A stretch of DNA of 64,000 nucleotides from Macrostomum lignano (lineage: Eukaryota). The notes below the pieces were generated by a model. The model ran no database searches. It was given only the letters and a program-made list of their open reading frames with translations, and was not told the DNA's origin. The position numbers and the translations under genes were made by a program. Positions 1 through 26,330 of this stretch are shown piece after piece. Each line of letters opens with the position of its first letter. The first letter of the stretch is position 1. The stretch lies in contig NIVC01000124.1 of NCBI GenBank assembly GCA_002269645.1, positions 124,001 to 188,000 on the forward strand. The letters run 5' to 3'.

Positions 1-295
1 GGAACTCGGATTGGGGAACTCGGATTGGGGAATTCGGATTGGGGAATTCGGATTGGGGAATTCGGATTGGGGAATTCGGATTGGGGAATTCGGATTGGGG
101 AATTTGGATTGGGGAATTCGGATTGGGGAATTCGGATTGGGGATCAATTCGGATTGGGGATCAATTCGGATTGGGGAATTCGGATTGGGGAATTCGGATT
201 GGGGAATTCGGATTGGGGAATTCGGTATTGGGGGATTCGGATTTGGAAATTTGGATTGGGAATCGGGAAATGTTGAATCGGGAAATGGGGAATCG
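1..295. repeat. 14-bp minisatellite (GGGGAATTCGGATT)n
   Basis: Visible tandem units that degenerate after about 230. Confidence 0.95.
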
Positions 296-583
296 TGAAA
301 TGTGGAATCTGGAAATAGGGTATCGGGCAATTGGTAATTTTGACATATTTAAAATCCCGATATTTTAGCATCTGATTGAGACAATATAGACGAAGACCTG
401 CCTTGATCACAACGATCCTCAAGTGTCTATGGTCAAAGTCTCTATTTCAAGCATCAATTACTTAATAAAACCTAAATAAGTATATTTTAAGAATTATAGT
501 TTCCTATATATATTCCAATAACCGTTATACTGCTGCTAAGTGTCCAACCCATAAACTGATCCTTTCACTCTGATGCCCAACAG

Positions 584-13182
<12,599 letters not shown>

Positions 13183-13599
13183 ACAAAAAGGGGTCGAGCT
13201 GAACCCGACCGACCGACCGAAATGACAGCTGCCGCCGCAGATCCCTGACATGGCACAGACTGAAGTTCAAGAGTTGTTCAGGATACTCTTATTTTGCTTT
13301 CATATTATCTGTCGTCGTCATTTAAGCATGGATGTACATTGTATAATATCATTCAAACTGTTTGTATCACGGGTCATTCCTTTAGAAATCATAAATGTAC
13401 TTTATTTATATAATATAAACCTATACATAATATAGAAGGTCATTGTTATTTGTCTAAATGTAATTTTGATGTGAAGATAATGTGATAAAGTGTCTATGTA
13501 CCTGGTAAACCGATTGAACAGATTTCAGGCTTTCAAGTATTCTTTGGTCCTCAGTTTAGCCTGTCTATTCTGTGTTACTTTTGCTGTTTCTTTGAATTC

Positions 13600-13605
13600 A
13601 ATAAA
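13600..13605 (+). promoter_or_regulatory. Candidate polyadenylation signal of the PLC gene
   Basis: AATAAA about 420 nt after the stop, at the end of an AU-rich 3' UTR and just before the (TCTA)n array. Confidence 0.5.
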
Positions 13606-13688
13606 TCATATTCATATTTTGTAGTGCAGTGACTTCAACAAATCTCATTTCAGCCACCGCTTGATTATAGATATTGTCTGTCTTTTAT

Positions 13689-14251
<563 letters not shown>

Positions 14252-14659
14252 GTTGAAGTTGTAACTCGTTCTGCCTCTCACTATTTGCATACTCATCAGA
14301 GCTTCATCAAGCAGCATTGTAATTTCGTTGTGTTGCTAACTACGTTTCTCTTTTCCAGTGCGCACTTGCAGCGAGAACAGCACCACAAACCAGTAACTTC
14401 CGGTCCCATCAGCCTCATTGGTGACCCACAGCGTCACTCTTGATGCTTTGCTCTGCTTAAAAGCGATTTTATGCTAGCAATTTCGCGAGCAAAGCCGAGC
14501 CGCTGATTGCGCTGTCCCAGTTTCCTTTTCGGGGGTGGCTGCAGCTGCGATTGCCCGCTCCGTTTGTTTTGGGAACTTTGGATCAGAGTGAAGCCAGTTG
14601 AGTTGAGCTGAGTTGAGCAACTTTGCTGTTGATTTGGTGCCTCACGTGCTACTGTTATT

Positions 14660-15455
14660 TTCTACCCTCCTATGTCTACCCTTTTATCTCTACCCTACTC
14701 TCTCTACCCTACTCTCTCTACCCTACTCTCTCTACCCTACTCTCTCTACCCTACTCTCTCTACCCTAATCTCTCTACCCTACTCTCTCTACCCAACCCTC
14801 TCTACCCTACTCTCTCTCTACCCTACTCTCTACCCTACTCTCTCTACCCAACCCTCTCTACCCTACTCTCTCTACCCTACTCTCTCTACCCTACTCTCTC
14901 TACCCTACTCTCTATACCCTACTCTCTCTACCCTACTCTCTCTACCCTACTCTCTCTACCCTACTCTCTCTACCCTACTCTCTCTACCCTACTCTCTACC
15001 CTACTCTCTCTACCCAACCCTCTCTACCCTACTCTCTCTACCCTACTCTCTCTACCCTACTATCTCTACCCTACTCTCTCTACCTTACTCTCTCTACTCT
15101 ACTTTCTCTACCCTACTTTCTCTACTCTACTCTCTCTACCCTACTCTCACTACTCTACTTTCTCTACCCTACTTTCTCTACTCTACTCTCTCTACCCTAC
15201 TCTCTCTACCCTACTCTCTCCTTCCTCCTCTCTCTACTCTCATCCCTACCCTCCTCTCTCTACCCTACTCTCTCTACCCTACTCTCTATACCCTACTCTC
15301 TCTACCCTACTCTCTATACCCTACTCTCTCTACCCTACTCTCTCTACCCTACTCTCTCTACCCTACTCTCTCTACCCTACTCTCTCTACCCTACTCTCTC
15401 TACCCTACTCTCACTACCCTCCTCTCTCTATCCTCCTATCTCTACCCTCCTCTCT
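14660..15455. repeat. 14-bp pyrimidine minisatellite (CTACCCTACTCTCT)n
   Basis: Tandem units. Confidence 0.95.
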
Positions 15456-16098
15456 CTGCACAATCTCATTTAATCTACGCTAAGCTACCCTATACCTTAT
15501 CCTATTGTAACTATCCTACACTTCCCTTCTCTCCCCTTTTCTATCTTCCTTTCAATATCGAATTTCATGCCAAAGTTACTGGCCCACCGCCCACGCACTC
15601 ACAGGTGGTTATAAATCACCTGTGTAACAAACCCAGTGTCTATTCACCTGTAATTTATTTCTATCACTGTATAAACTTTATTTCAGTAATCGCAAACTCT
15701 CACTTTTAGCACAACATTTTCTCTTAACTTCCTGTCGGGGTCCCTTCATGCAGAAACATTTATCAACTACAGGGCAACTCGGTAAAAAAGTAGTACACAC
15801 TGCACTTGCTTCAAACTAAACAGCTTTAGCAGGCATCGCAGAAAATCGGCTTATATTTCTTTACTAAATATAATCTAGTATTAATCAGTTCTCGTTGGTT
15901 TTTCACTTCCCTCCTACGTTTAGGCTGTGATAAGTATTACAGTTTTTGAAGCATTCAAATCTTGATAAAAATCTGGCCAATAAACAGGTGCGAAATTAGT
16001 GAGAATGGTTGGCGTAGGCAGTAAACAATTGAGGAAATTTACATCTACTACACTTCATATGCTTAGGTAATTTACAATGTCTTCGGTCAAAACTTGAA

Positions 16099-16670
16099 AT
16101 CTCGTATCCAAGGGATATCCTCGTTGCTAGGGGTCTCTAAACCATAACTAATATCTCGTATCCAAGGGAACTCCTCGTTGCTAGGCACCACTAGACCCAA
16201 ACAAATATCTCGTATCCAAGGGAAATCCTTGTTGCTAGGCACCACTAGACACAAACTAATATCTCGTATCCAAGGGAAATCCTCGTTGCTAGGCACCTCT
16301 AGACACAAACTAATATCTCGTATCCAAGGGAAATCCTTGTTGCTAGGCACCACTAGACACAAACTGATATCTCGTATCCAAGGGAAATCCTCGTTGCTAG
16401 GCACCACTAGACCCAAACAAATATCTCGTATCCAAGGGAAATCCTTGTTGCTAGGCACCACTAGACACAAACTGATATCTCGTATCCAAAGGAAATCCTC
16501 GTTGCTAGGCACCACTAGACCCAAACAAATATCTCGTATCCAAGGGAAATCCTTGTTGCTAGGCACCACTAGACACAAACTAATATCTCGTATCCAAGGG
16601 AAATCCTTGTCGCTAGGCACCCCTAGACACAAACTAATAATCTCGTATCCAAGGGAATTCCTCGTTGCTA
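16099..16670. repeat. 54-bp minisatellite with A/B alternation (108-bp dimer)
   Basis: ATCTCGTATC recurs at 16153, 16207, 16261, 16315 and onward. Confidence 0.95.
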
Positions 16671-16689
16671 GGCAGACAAACTGCAACAA

Positions 16690-17222
16690 TCACGGAAGTA
16701 AAGAATCCGTTCCCATGTAAAATGAGTCATTCTCCATCGCCGAAGGCTGCTCTCGAACAACCCGGATGTGAACATTCGACTCCAGTGAGTGTTTTGGTGA
16801 AGAGCTGGAGCTGCCGCCGCATCCGCAGCCTCCACCGCTGTGCGATCGCCCAGATTTTTTTCCAGCGTCATCTCCGCTCGCTGCAGCATCTTCTTTCGCG
16901 GCAGCAGAGTCTGGCGATATTCGACTTTGAGTGTCGTTGTCGGGTTCCTGACTACCTCCTCCGGCACCGCTAACCCGGATGTTGGCCAGCACCACCTGCT
17001 GGTGCTGCTGCAGCTCCCTAGATCGAAGCCGATTCCTGATTCTCTGTCTAGCGGTCTCAACGAACCTGTCACCGCTGGTTGTGCTTCGCTTCAGCGGCGA
17101 GGTGAGACAGAAAATGAAGAATGAGCAGAAGAAAATAAAGTCCATTGTGAGGACTATGACTGTGAGTAGTTGGCTCAGATCCATTCTGAGTTCGGTCTGG
17201 GTTTCTGTTGATATTAACTTAT
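16690..17222 (-). CDS. Orphan protein or terminal exon: hydrophobic TM segment followed by a low-complexity Ser/Gly/Ala/Gln tail
   Basis: 164-aa ORF from ATG 17184. The frame stays open upstream to a TTTACTCAG acceptor (exon start 17222, phase 1). TM-like LLTVIVLTMDFIFFCSFFIFCLT is followed by KR. The codon style (CTG CAG CAG CAC CAG CAG GTG GTG CTG GCC) resembles the confirmed exons. Confidence 0.5.
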
Positions 17223-17344
17223 CTGAGTAAATTGATGACTATTGGTATTTGAATCAATCATTTCAGTTATGAAAGGAGGTTGTGTTGATCTGTAGAGCCA
17301 TAGACATTTTATTGTTATTATACGTATACAATAATAAATTACGG

Positions 17345-17678
17345 AGTGTCAGGGGAGGATTTGTGGCGTCAGAGGGGGATTTGTGGTGTCAGGGGAGGAT
17401 TTGTCAGTGGAGGATTTGGAGTGTCAGGGGAGGATTTTGAGTGTCAGGAGAGGATTTGGAGCGTCAGGGGAGGATTTGTGGTGTCAGGGGAGGATTTGTG
17501 GTGTCAGGGGAGGATTTGTGGTGTCAGGGGAGGATTTGTGGTGTCAGGGGAGGATTTGGAGTGTCAGGGGAGGATTTGGGATGTCAGGGGAGGATTTGGG
17601 ATGTCAGGGGAAGATTTGGGATGTCAGGGGAGGATTCGTGGTGTCAGTGGAGGATCTGGAGTGTCAGGGGAGGATTTG
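17345..17678. repeat. 20-bp G-rich minisatellite (GTGTCAGGGGAGGATTTGTG)n
   Basis: Tandem units. Confidence 0.95.
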
Positions 17679-18219
17679 AAGGTTTAGGGAAAAGGTTGGG
17701 GTTGGAGTTGGGAAAAAACGGCCTTAGAAGAACAAAGGAGCCGCATAATTTCTCAGATCTAAAGAGTGGTAAAACGCGTTTACCTTTGGATTTTACAAGG
17801 CCTCCCATTTATTGCACACAAAGACAAACGCGCGAACAAAGACTTATTCTAACTAACGTATATGCATAAAGCAATTAAAATAAATCTAAAACACACCCAA
17901 ATTCAATCCTCTTTCCCCTCTCTGGTTCTCTCGTCTTTTTCCTTTCCTCTTTTTTTCCGGCCAAAAAAGTGGCACGAACCAACCGGAGCACAGGAACACA
18001 CCGGGGGGGGGGGGTATTTCAACCCCCGCACTGAGTACATCCAAGCCCTTCCCTTCCACTCCAACTTCCAGGTCTCTCACTGTCTCGTCCAATAAGCTTC
18101 GGCTTTAGTCTTTTTCTAGTTTTTCTTTCTTAATAAATGTTCTTGCTTTCACGGAATTCGATTGTGTTGAACTTGTCTGCCCTTCATTCTCTCCGTGTCT
18201 CAGTTATACTAAGCAAGTT

Positions 18220-21200
18220 ATGTTGCACCTTTGTAGTCTAACATACTTTCTACTAATTAATCTATTAATAACGGCTGCATCGTCAACTGCAATTAGGAAA
18301 TTTTCCTGGACTTTGCAAACCAACTACGTGAACAGCAGTTTAAGTGGTAGCTGTTGTTATTATTCTGGTAGTTTAGTGATTCGTGTCGGCACTGCAGAAT
18401 CGGAGACTGTACCAGGTTCACCTGTAGGGAGCCTCGCCGACCTGAGCCGGGTCAGTGTACGAATCAACGGACTGCCCGACTCAGACCAACTGCCAGCAAT
18501 TGTGTCGCTTTTGAAGTCTGCCAGGTCTGCAGAGCAGCTAGAATTCACAGGTCCAGTAAGAGTCCTGTACCTGTACCAGCCTCTGCAGTCATTGCCTAAA
18601 TTGACTCATCTAAAAGCTGCCTGCACTACTCAGCAGAGCGACTTTGAGCTGATTTCTGAACTAGATAATGCCAAAAATAAAGCTCTAATTGATGTGGAAT
18701 TGCATAATTGCATTTGGCGCAATCGTTCGTCTGTTCTGTTGAACAATTTTGCTTCTCTGGTGTCCGCTAAATACAATGGCGGCCGTCTCGATCAGCTGAG
18801 TGTCGGCGAGATCAAAGGATTGCCTAATTTGCGATATCTAATCTTATTGAATTGCGATTTGGTCAGTATAGAAGTTGGCGCGTTTGATGATTTGCAGGTA
18901 AATTCATTTTTATTGTGCTTTCGAATAGGTTTCTATGTGTGATTATCGTCTATCATCCGTCCTGTCCTTGGGTGGTTGTCTCTGACCTCTCGTGGTTGTC
19001 TCTGACCTCTCGTGGTTGTCTCTGACCTCTCGTGGTTGTCTCTGACCTCTCGTGGTTGTCTCTGACCTCTCGTGGTTGTCTCTGACCTCTCGTGGTTGTC
19101 TCTGACCTCTCGTGTTTGTCTCTGACCTCTCGTGGTTGTCTCTGACCTCTCGTGGTTGTCTCTGACCTCTCGTGGTTGTCTCTGACCTCTCGTGGTTGTC
19201 TCTGACCTCTCGTGGTTGTCTCTGACCTCTCGTGGTTGTCTCTGACCTCTCGTGTTTGTCTCTGACCTCTCGTGGTTGTCTCTGACCTCTCGTGGTTGTC
19301 TCTGACCTCTCGTGGTTGTCTCTGACCTCTCGTGGTTGTCTCTGACCTCTCGTGTTTGTCTCTGACCTCTCGTGGTTGTCTCTGAACCTCTCGTCCTGTC
19401 CAAGGATGGTTGTCTCTGACCTTTCGTTCTGTCGTTGGGTGGTTGTCTCTGACTTCTCGTCCTGTCTTTGGGGGTTGTCTCTGATCTCTCGTCCTGTCCT
19501 TGAGTGGTTGTCTCTGACCTCTCGTCCTGTCCAAGGGTGGGATTGTTTTTGACCTCTCGTCCTGTCCAAGGGTGGGATTGTTTTTGACCTCTCGTCCTGT
19601 CCAAGGGTGGGATTGTTTTTGACCTCTCGTCCTGTCCAAGGGTGGACTTGTTTTTGACCTCTCGTCCTGTCCAAGGGTGGGATTGTTTTTGACCTCTCGT
19701 CCTGTCTTTTGGGTGACAGCCTCTGATCTCTCGTCCTGTCCTTGGGTGGTTGTCTCTGACCTCTCGTGGTTGTCTCTGACCTTTCGTTCTGTCTTTGGGT
19801 GGTTGCCTCTGAAATCTCGTCCTGTCCTTGGATGGTTTTCGCTCCTGTCCTTCAGCGAGTCTTAGCAGAATTTTTCAACAGGAAATTTAAAATTTCCCAA
19901 CTCATAATTTTCTCTCCATTGCAGGCCCTCCTCCAACTGACTGTCAGCGGAAATCCCAGACTAAAAGTGCTCCCAGCGGGTGTCCTCCGCAACCTTATCA
20001 ACCTGAGCTCGCTCAGTCTGCGCAGCAACGGTCTTCAAGACGTGGCTTCAGCTTTCAACGGACTCGGCTTGAAGCTGCTGGAGCGGCTGGACCTCGCCGG
20101 AAACGAGCTGAGCTGGCTTCCTGCAGGCACTTTTCAAGGTCTGGGGCGGCTTCGCACCCTGCGACTGGATGGCAACCCGCTGCTTCGGTTGGCTGACAAA
20201 CCCTGCCTGGCACTGTGCTCACTAACCAGCTTGAGAACGTTGAAGTTTGATGCTAAACTCGGCAAAGAAGATGCAGCAGGTGTTGTAGCAACAATTTGCA
20301 ACAGGATTGCTTTGAATAGTACGGGAAATGTGCGATTGCTGATGCAGGCAGGTGTTAGGCCGCAGCCATTGAAGCTCAACTGTCCGCCCGGCAACGGAGT
20401 GCTCTGCCGGCAGAAGAGGCTGCTTCAGCCACTGCGGGCTGACGGGGTTGAGGTCTGTCTGTGCACCTTGGTTGCTTAATCATATAGGGAACTTGTGTTG
20501 CGTATTACTCTAAGTAGCTCGTACACCCTGAATTCTGAATTCTTCAGTGCCCTCTATAAACCCTCTGAGTTCTGAATACTTCAGTGCCCTCTATAAACCC
20601 TCTGAACTCTGAATCCTTCAGTGCCCTCTATAAACCCTCTGAACTCTGAATTCTTCAGTGCCCTCTATAAAATTTCTGAGATCTGAATCCTTCAGTTCCC
20701 TCTAAACCATCTGAACTCTGAATCCTTTAGTTGCCTCCAAACCCTCTGAACTCTGAATCCTTCAGTGCCCTATATAAATCCTCTGAATTCTGAATCCCCT
20801 CTCTTCTAGAAGAAGCAAGAGGAATCTCTGCAACAACAACAAGCGCAAAGCCACCCCAACATGGCTTTGCTGATCATCTTCGGAGCCATCTGCCTCGCCC
20901 ACCTGGCTGTCACCATCGCCCTCGCCTGCGTCTGTTGGCGCGCAGTTCGCGGAAGGCGCCACCAGAACCGGCGCCATCGTCAGGCCGATCAGCTGACCGC
21001 GCCAGCCGCCTGCGTGAAAAACCTGCTGACTAGCGACGAGATTGGGAGCTCCGGCATCTCCGAGGAAGCGGGCGGAAACGGCGGCTGCGGCCTGACGACG
21101 GCGAGCACCTCGTCGGAGTCTGCGGCCGCTGTCCTTATCAGCTTCCGCTCTCGGGCCAGCGATGCTCGAGCTGGGGAGAAAGGTGAGCGATTCTAAATTA

Positions 21201-21794
21201 CCCAGTTTATGAGTATTATAACTTTGATCTTAAAAGTCCTGACACACACTGATCCCAAAGTCCTGACACACACTGATCACAAAGTCCTGACGCACACTGA
21301 TCCCAAAGTCCTGAAATTCACTGATCCCAAAGTCCTGTGTCTGTGTCTGTTTCTCTGTATCTGTCTGTGTCTCTGTGTCTGTGGCTGTCTGTGTCTGTTT
21401 CTCTGTTTCTGTCTGTGTCTCTGTGTCTGTGGCTGTCTGTGACTGTTTCTGTCTCAGTATCTGTCGGTGTCTGTGCCTGTTTCGCTGTATCAGTCTGTGT
21501 CTCTCTGTGTCTGTGACTGTCTCTGTGTTCGTGTCTGTGTCTTGTCTGTTTCTCTGTATCTTTCTGTGTCTCTGCGTCTGTGTCTGTCTCAGTGTGTATG
21601 TGCAAGTGTATGTGCCTGGCTCCATTTCTCTCACTAGTTTCGGACTAAAATAGAAAACAGCATTCTTCACTTGCTACTTGCAGCAGTCAAATTAGAGTGA
21701 AACGCGTATAAACCTCCATGTTTCAGACTATAAAATCGGTGACGGGATTCATCCCCGACAGAAAATCTGCTACGAATTCAACGAGGACGCTTGA
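18220..21794 (+). CDS. Leucine-rich-repeat type I membrane protein (548 aa), no TIR domain
   Basis: Exons 18220-18897, 19925-20452, 20810-21182, 21727-21794 (phases 0, 0, 1; 1647 nt). Signal peptide [22 protein letters not shown]. LxxLxLxxN repeats: [71 protein letters not shown] followed by RAVRGRR. Short tail ending [22 protein letters not shown]. The exon-2 donor (GTCTGT) is weak. Confidence 0.8.
18950..19850. repeat. 20-bp minisatellite (CGTGGTTGTCTCTGACCTCT)n grading into a ~33-bp derivative
   Basis: Fills LRR-gene intron 1. Confidence 0.95.
20527..20800. repeat. About 36-bp minisatellite (CTCTGAATTCTGAATCCTTCAGTGCCCTCTATAAAC)
   Basis: In LRR-gene intron 2; the last unit merges into the acceptor polypyrimidine tract. 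Confidence 0.88.
21235..21600. repeat. 24-bp repeat (ACTGATCCCAAAGTCCTGACACAC) followed by a TG/TC low-complexity tract
   Basis: In LRR-gene intron 3. Confidence 0.8.
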
Positions 21795-22039
21795 TTGGTT
21801 TTTTTGTGTTTCATCTTACCTGTTTTGTGTCAGACAAAATGCTTTTTGTTTTGTCTGTTTTGACAGTTGTTGCTGGGTCTACAGTAGCTAAAATCGTCCT
21901 GAGAATTTTTTAAAGCATAAAACGTTCTGGCGATAATTTTATATTATTTTTTGAAGCCTTAACATTAAGTTTAAGGTCAATTTTTTCATGAAGTCCCTTG
22001 TTCTTTGTCTAATACTAAAGCCTACTGTCAGATCCCGAG

Positions 22040-22372
22040 GTCCCCAATGCGATCCCAAAGTCCCTAACCTAATCCCAAACTCCCTAATCTGATCCCGAAG
22101 TCCCTAATCTAATCTTAAAGTCCCTAATCTGATCCCAATTCCCCTAATCTGATCTCAGAAGTCCCTAATCGGATCCCAATGTCCCTAATCTGATTTCAAA
22201 AGTCCCTAATCTGATCCCAATGTCCCTAATCTGATCCCAAAAGTCCGTAATCTGATCCTAATGTCCCTAATCTGATCCTAATGTCCCTAATCTGATTCTA
22301 ATGTCCCTAATATGATCCCAATGTCCCTAATCTAATCCCAAAGTCCCTAATCTAATCCCAAAGTCCCTAATT
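22040..22372. repeat. 20-21-bp minisatellite (GTCCCTAATCTGATCCCAAA)n
   Basis: Same unit and orientation as 25628-26330. Confidence 0.92.
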
Positions 22373-22876
22373 GAATCATTGATAAATAATACGTAGATTA
22401 TAATGAAAACTAATATGCAATGCTAATTTTTTAAAAACGTCAATAATTTGTTACGTTTTTTCTGCTATTTTTTATTACGCTAATTTCCCATTTTAAAAGA
22501 TACTGACTATACTACCCATTCGTACACAATATACATAATAAAATAATATTAAACTTATACAAAGCTCTAAGCTGCTACACTTCAACTGTTTCATAATTCA
22601 GCTGTTTATCTGAGGAAGATAATATAATTCTAAGTTTGCTTACTTTTAAGGTGCATTGGCAATAAAGCTTATGGGCCATTCCCACGGGTATTTGCAGTTG
22701 CATGTCTTTACAACATGGTACGTTGGGACTCAACTTGGTTGGACTCAAATCAGTGCTGATATCTCTCAAGGCGTAGGGTTTATGATAACAAATTTCTGAA
22801 TTAGTCACTGGGATATCTAGTGTGATACTGACTTTCTGAATATCTTTGAATCCTCTGTTTCAGTTTTTCAGTGTCC

Positions 22877-23830
22877 CTGTGTGTCATCCTGAATGCCTGT
22901 GTGTCACTCTAGATCAATGTGTGTCAATCTAGATCAATGTGTGTCACTCTAGATCCCTGTGTGTCACTCTAGATCCCTGTGTGTCAATCTAGATCCCTAT
23001 GTGTCACTCTAGATTCCTGTGTATCACTCTAGATCCCTGTGTGTCCCTCTAGATCCCTGTGTGTCAATCTAGATCCCTATGTGTCACTCTAGATTCCTGT
23101 GTATCACTCTAGATCCCTGTGTGTCCCTCTAGATCCGTGTGTGTCACTCTAGATCCCTGTGTGTCACTCTAGATCCTTTTGTGTCACTCTAGATCCCTGT
23201 GTGTCAATCTAGATCCCTATGTGTCACTCTAGATCCCTGTGTATCACTTTAGATCCCTGTGTGTCAATCTAGATCTCTGTGTGTCACTCTAGATCCCTGT
23301 GTATCACTCTAGATCCCTGTGTGTCACTCTAGATCCCTGTGTGTCACTCTAGATCCCCGTGTGTCACTCTAAATCCCTGTGTGTCACTCTAGATCCCTGT
23401 GCGTCACTCTACATGTAGATGCCTATGTGTCACTCTAGATCCATTTGTGTCACTCTAGATCCATTTGTGTCACTCTAGATCCCTATGTGTCACCCGAATC
23501 CCTGTGGGTCACTTTGAATACCTGTGGGTCACTTTGAATACCTGTGTGTCACTTGACTGAATCACTGTGTGTCACTCTAGATCCGTGTGTGTCAATCTAG
23601 ATCCCTGTGTGTCACTCTAGATCCCTGTGTGTCACTCTAGATCCCCGTGTGTCACTCTAGATCCGTGTGTGTCACTCTAGATCCATATGTGTCACTCTAG
23701 ATCCCTGTGTGTCACTCTAGATCCATATGTGTCACTCTAGATCCCTGTGTGTCTCTCTAGATCCCTATGTGTCATTCTAGATTCCAGTGTGTCACTCAGA
23801 TCCATAGTATGTGTCACTCTAGATCCCTAT
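22877..23830. repeat. 20-bp minisatellite (GTGTGTCACTCTAGATCCCT)n
   Basis: Tandem units. Confidence 0.95.
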
Positions 23831-24504
23831 GTTTCACTCTAAATCTCTGTTTTCCTCTTTTTACCCTCCGTATCACTCTCAGTGCCTCATATACTGCACT
23901 ACAAATGTACATGCATGTGTCACTCTATCCCTACATGCATGCACATGAGTCTAGTTTGTACCTACCTCTATTTCTGTTCATGCAGCAGATACTGTAATCT
24001 TAAGTCTAAATTTCAAACAAAGGAGTCCCAGGCACCGTGGTAAGTTTTAACAATTTTAGCCCCGCGGGACCCCTGGTTCAAAGATAAAAAACGACGAGAA
24101 GTTTAAATCGAGTGCCTTACTGAAGAACAGACCGCATTCTTATATTTTCGATTTCAGACCGTATTCAAGCTCTGCCATTGGCTGAGAGGCCCTAAAAATA
24201 GCCTGAAGAATTAAGCATTAGAGCTAATCCTTTGAATGGCTGCGACAGCCCCCACCAGCAGCCATTCCCATTGGCCCAAAATCCCAGCTAAGGCTTCGCT
24301 GATATGACTATAAGAATCCCTTCCGAAATATTTCAATTCAAGTTTTCCCATAAGATTTTCTCTTACACGTGCAATTCTTTTCCATCCACTATCGTTTCTC
24401 AAGCAATTGGTCTTCTAAAACGACCTTCATGTGAGTTGCGCTTGCTTTGTTATTCATTTTTGTGTCATTTTTCTTCTCACAATCTTACTCCGTGACCTCA
24501 TCTA

Positions 24505-24848
24505 TTTCTCTCTCTTATCTCCCTCTCTCTGTATTTAAACCTACTTCTCTCTCTTATCTATTTCTCTCTGTGCCTTAATCTACTTCTCTCTCTTATCTAT
24601 TTCTCTCTGTGCCTTAATCTACTTCTCTCTCTCTCTCTCTCTCCCTCTCACTCTTATCTACTTCTCTCTGTGATTTAATCTACTTCTCTCTCTCTCTCCC
24701 TCTCACTCTTATCTACTTCTCTCTGTGATTTAATCTACTTCTCTGTCTCTCTCTCTCCCTCTCACTCTTATCTACTTCTCTCTGTGCCTTAATCTACTTC
24801 TCTCTCTCTCCCTCTCACTCTTATCTACTTCTCTCTGTGATTTAATCT

Positions 24849-24904
<56 letters not shown>

Positions 24905-24931
24905 TATCTACTTCTCTCTGTGATTTAATCT

Positions 24932-25007
<76 letters not shown>

Positions 25008-25037
25008 TATCTACTTCTCTCTGTGACCTAATCTACT

Positions 25038-25108
<71 letters not shown>

Positions 25109-25165
25109 TATCCATCTCTCTCTTCTTTATCTCCCTCTCTCCGTGTCTCAATCTACTTCTCTGTC
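24505..25165. repeat. Composite (CT)n / TTATCTACTTCTCTCTGTG repeat
   Basis: A unit with expanding CT tracts. Confidence 0.9.
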
Positions 25166-25627
25166 TTCCTTTCGTGTTCAGTAGAATTTCAAACCATGTA
25201 ACACGAAAAAACATCTATCCTAATTCTATTGCCGTTTTTTTAACTCGATCTCTCATTGCTCCAGTTCATGCTCCAGCTTTACTATCTCTCTCTCTTTCTC
25301 TCTCTCGCTAATGATGAAGGACAGTGAAATCGCGAAGAATCGTGTCAGATTTTTTGTTCTATGATCAAAAAGTTTTTACAATTTGAGGATTTGCATTCGC
25401 GGCGACTCGCGTGCAGCGATGGGTGCTCGCACAAACTCACAGCTGTTTGGAGGAGAGAAAAGCAAGGCTTTCTTCTGTCACGCGAACCAAAAAGCGTCGG
25501 TTTTTGTTAAAATGAGCAGCTGAATAAAATCATCAAGAAAATATTGCAATAAAAGTACATTTGAAACTAAAACTACAGCTAAAAATTTTGATCGTTGTCA
25601 GACCAGAGCTTGAAGGAAGCAAGTAAA

Positions 25628-26330
25628 TCTGATCTTAAAGTCCCTAATCTGATCCCAATATCCCTAATCTAATCCCAAAGTCCCTAATCTGATTCCAATA
25701 TCCCTAATATAATCCCAAAGTCCCTAATCTAATCCCAAAGTCCATAATCTGATCCCAAAGTCCCTAATCTGATCCCAAAGTTCCTAATCTGATCCCAAAA
25801 GTCCCTAATTTGATCTCAAATTCCTTATCTGATCCTAAAAGTCCCTAATTTGATCCCAAATTCCTTATCTGATCCCAAATCCATAATCTGATCTCAAATC
25901 CATAATCTGATCCCAAATCCCTAATCTGATCCCAATATCCCTAATCTGATCCCATAGTCCCTAATATGATCCCAATATCTCTAGTTTGATCCCATAGTCT
26001 CTAATCTGATCCCAAATCCCAAATCTGATCCCAAATCCCAAATCTGATCCCAAAAGTCCCTAATCTGCTTCTATATAGTGTCATCCGATCCCAAAGTCCC
26101 AAGTTGATTCCAAAAGTCCCTAATCTGCTTCTATAAAGTTCCTAATCCGATCCCAAAGTCCCAAGTTGATCCCAAAAGTCTCCAAAGTCTCCAAAGTTCC
26201 TAATTTGATCTCAAAGTCTCCAATCTGATTATAAAGTCCCTAGTTTTATCCCAAAGTCCTTAATTTGATCCCAAAGTAACAAATGTTATACCAGATCTCT
26301 AATTTGATCCCAAAAGTCCCTAATGTGATC
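25628..26330. repeat. 20-21-bp minisatellite (GTCCCTAATCTGATCCCAAA)n, second array
   Basis: Degenerate copy of the 22-kb family. Confidence 0.9.

Noticed and set aside
16099-16670. CRISPR-like regular repeats (also 3213-3462 and 4331-4540)
   Set aside because: The units are contiguous with no unique spacers, there are no cas genes, and the context is eukaryotic.
17110-17184. GPCR TM7 reading of DFIFFCSFFIFCLTS
   Set aside because: Only one hydrophobic segment is visible, with no NPxxY-like motif and no upstream TM exons identified.
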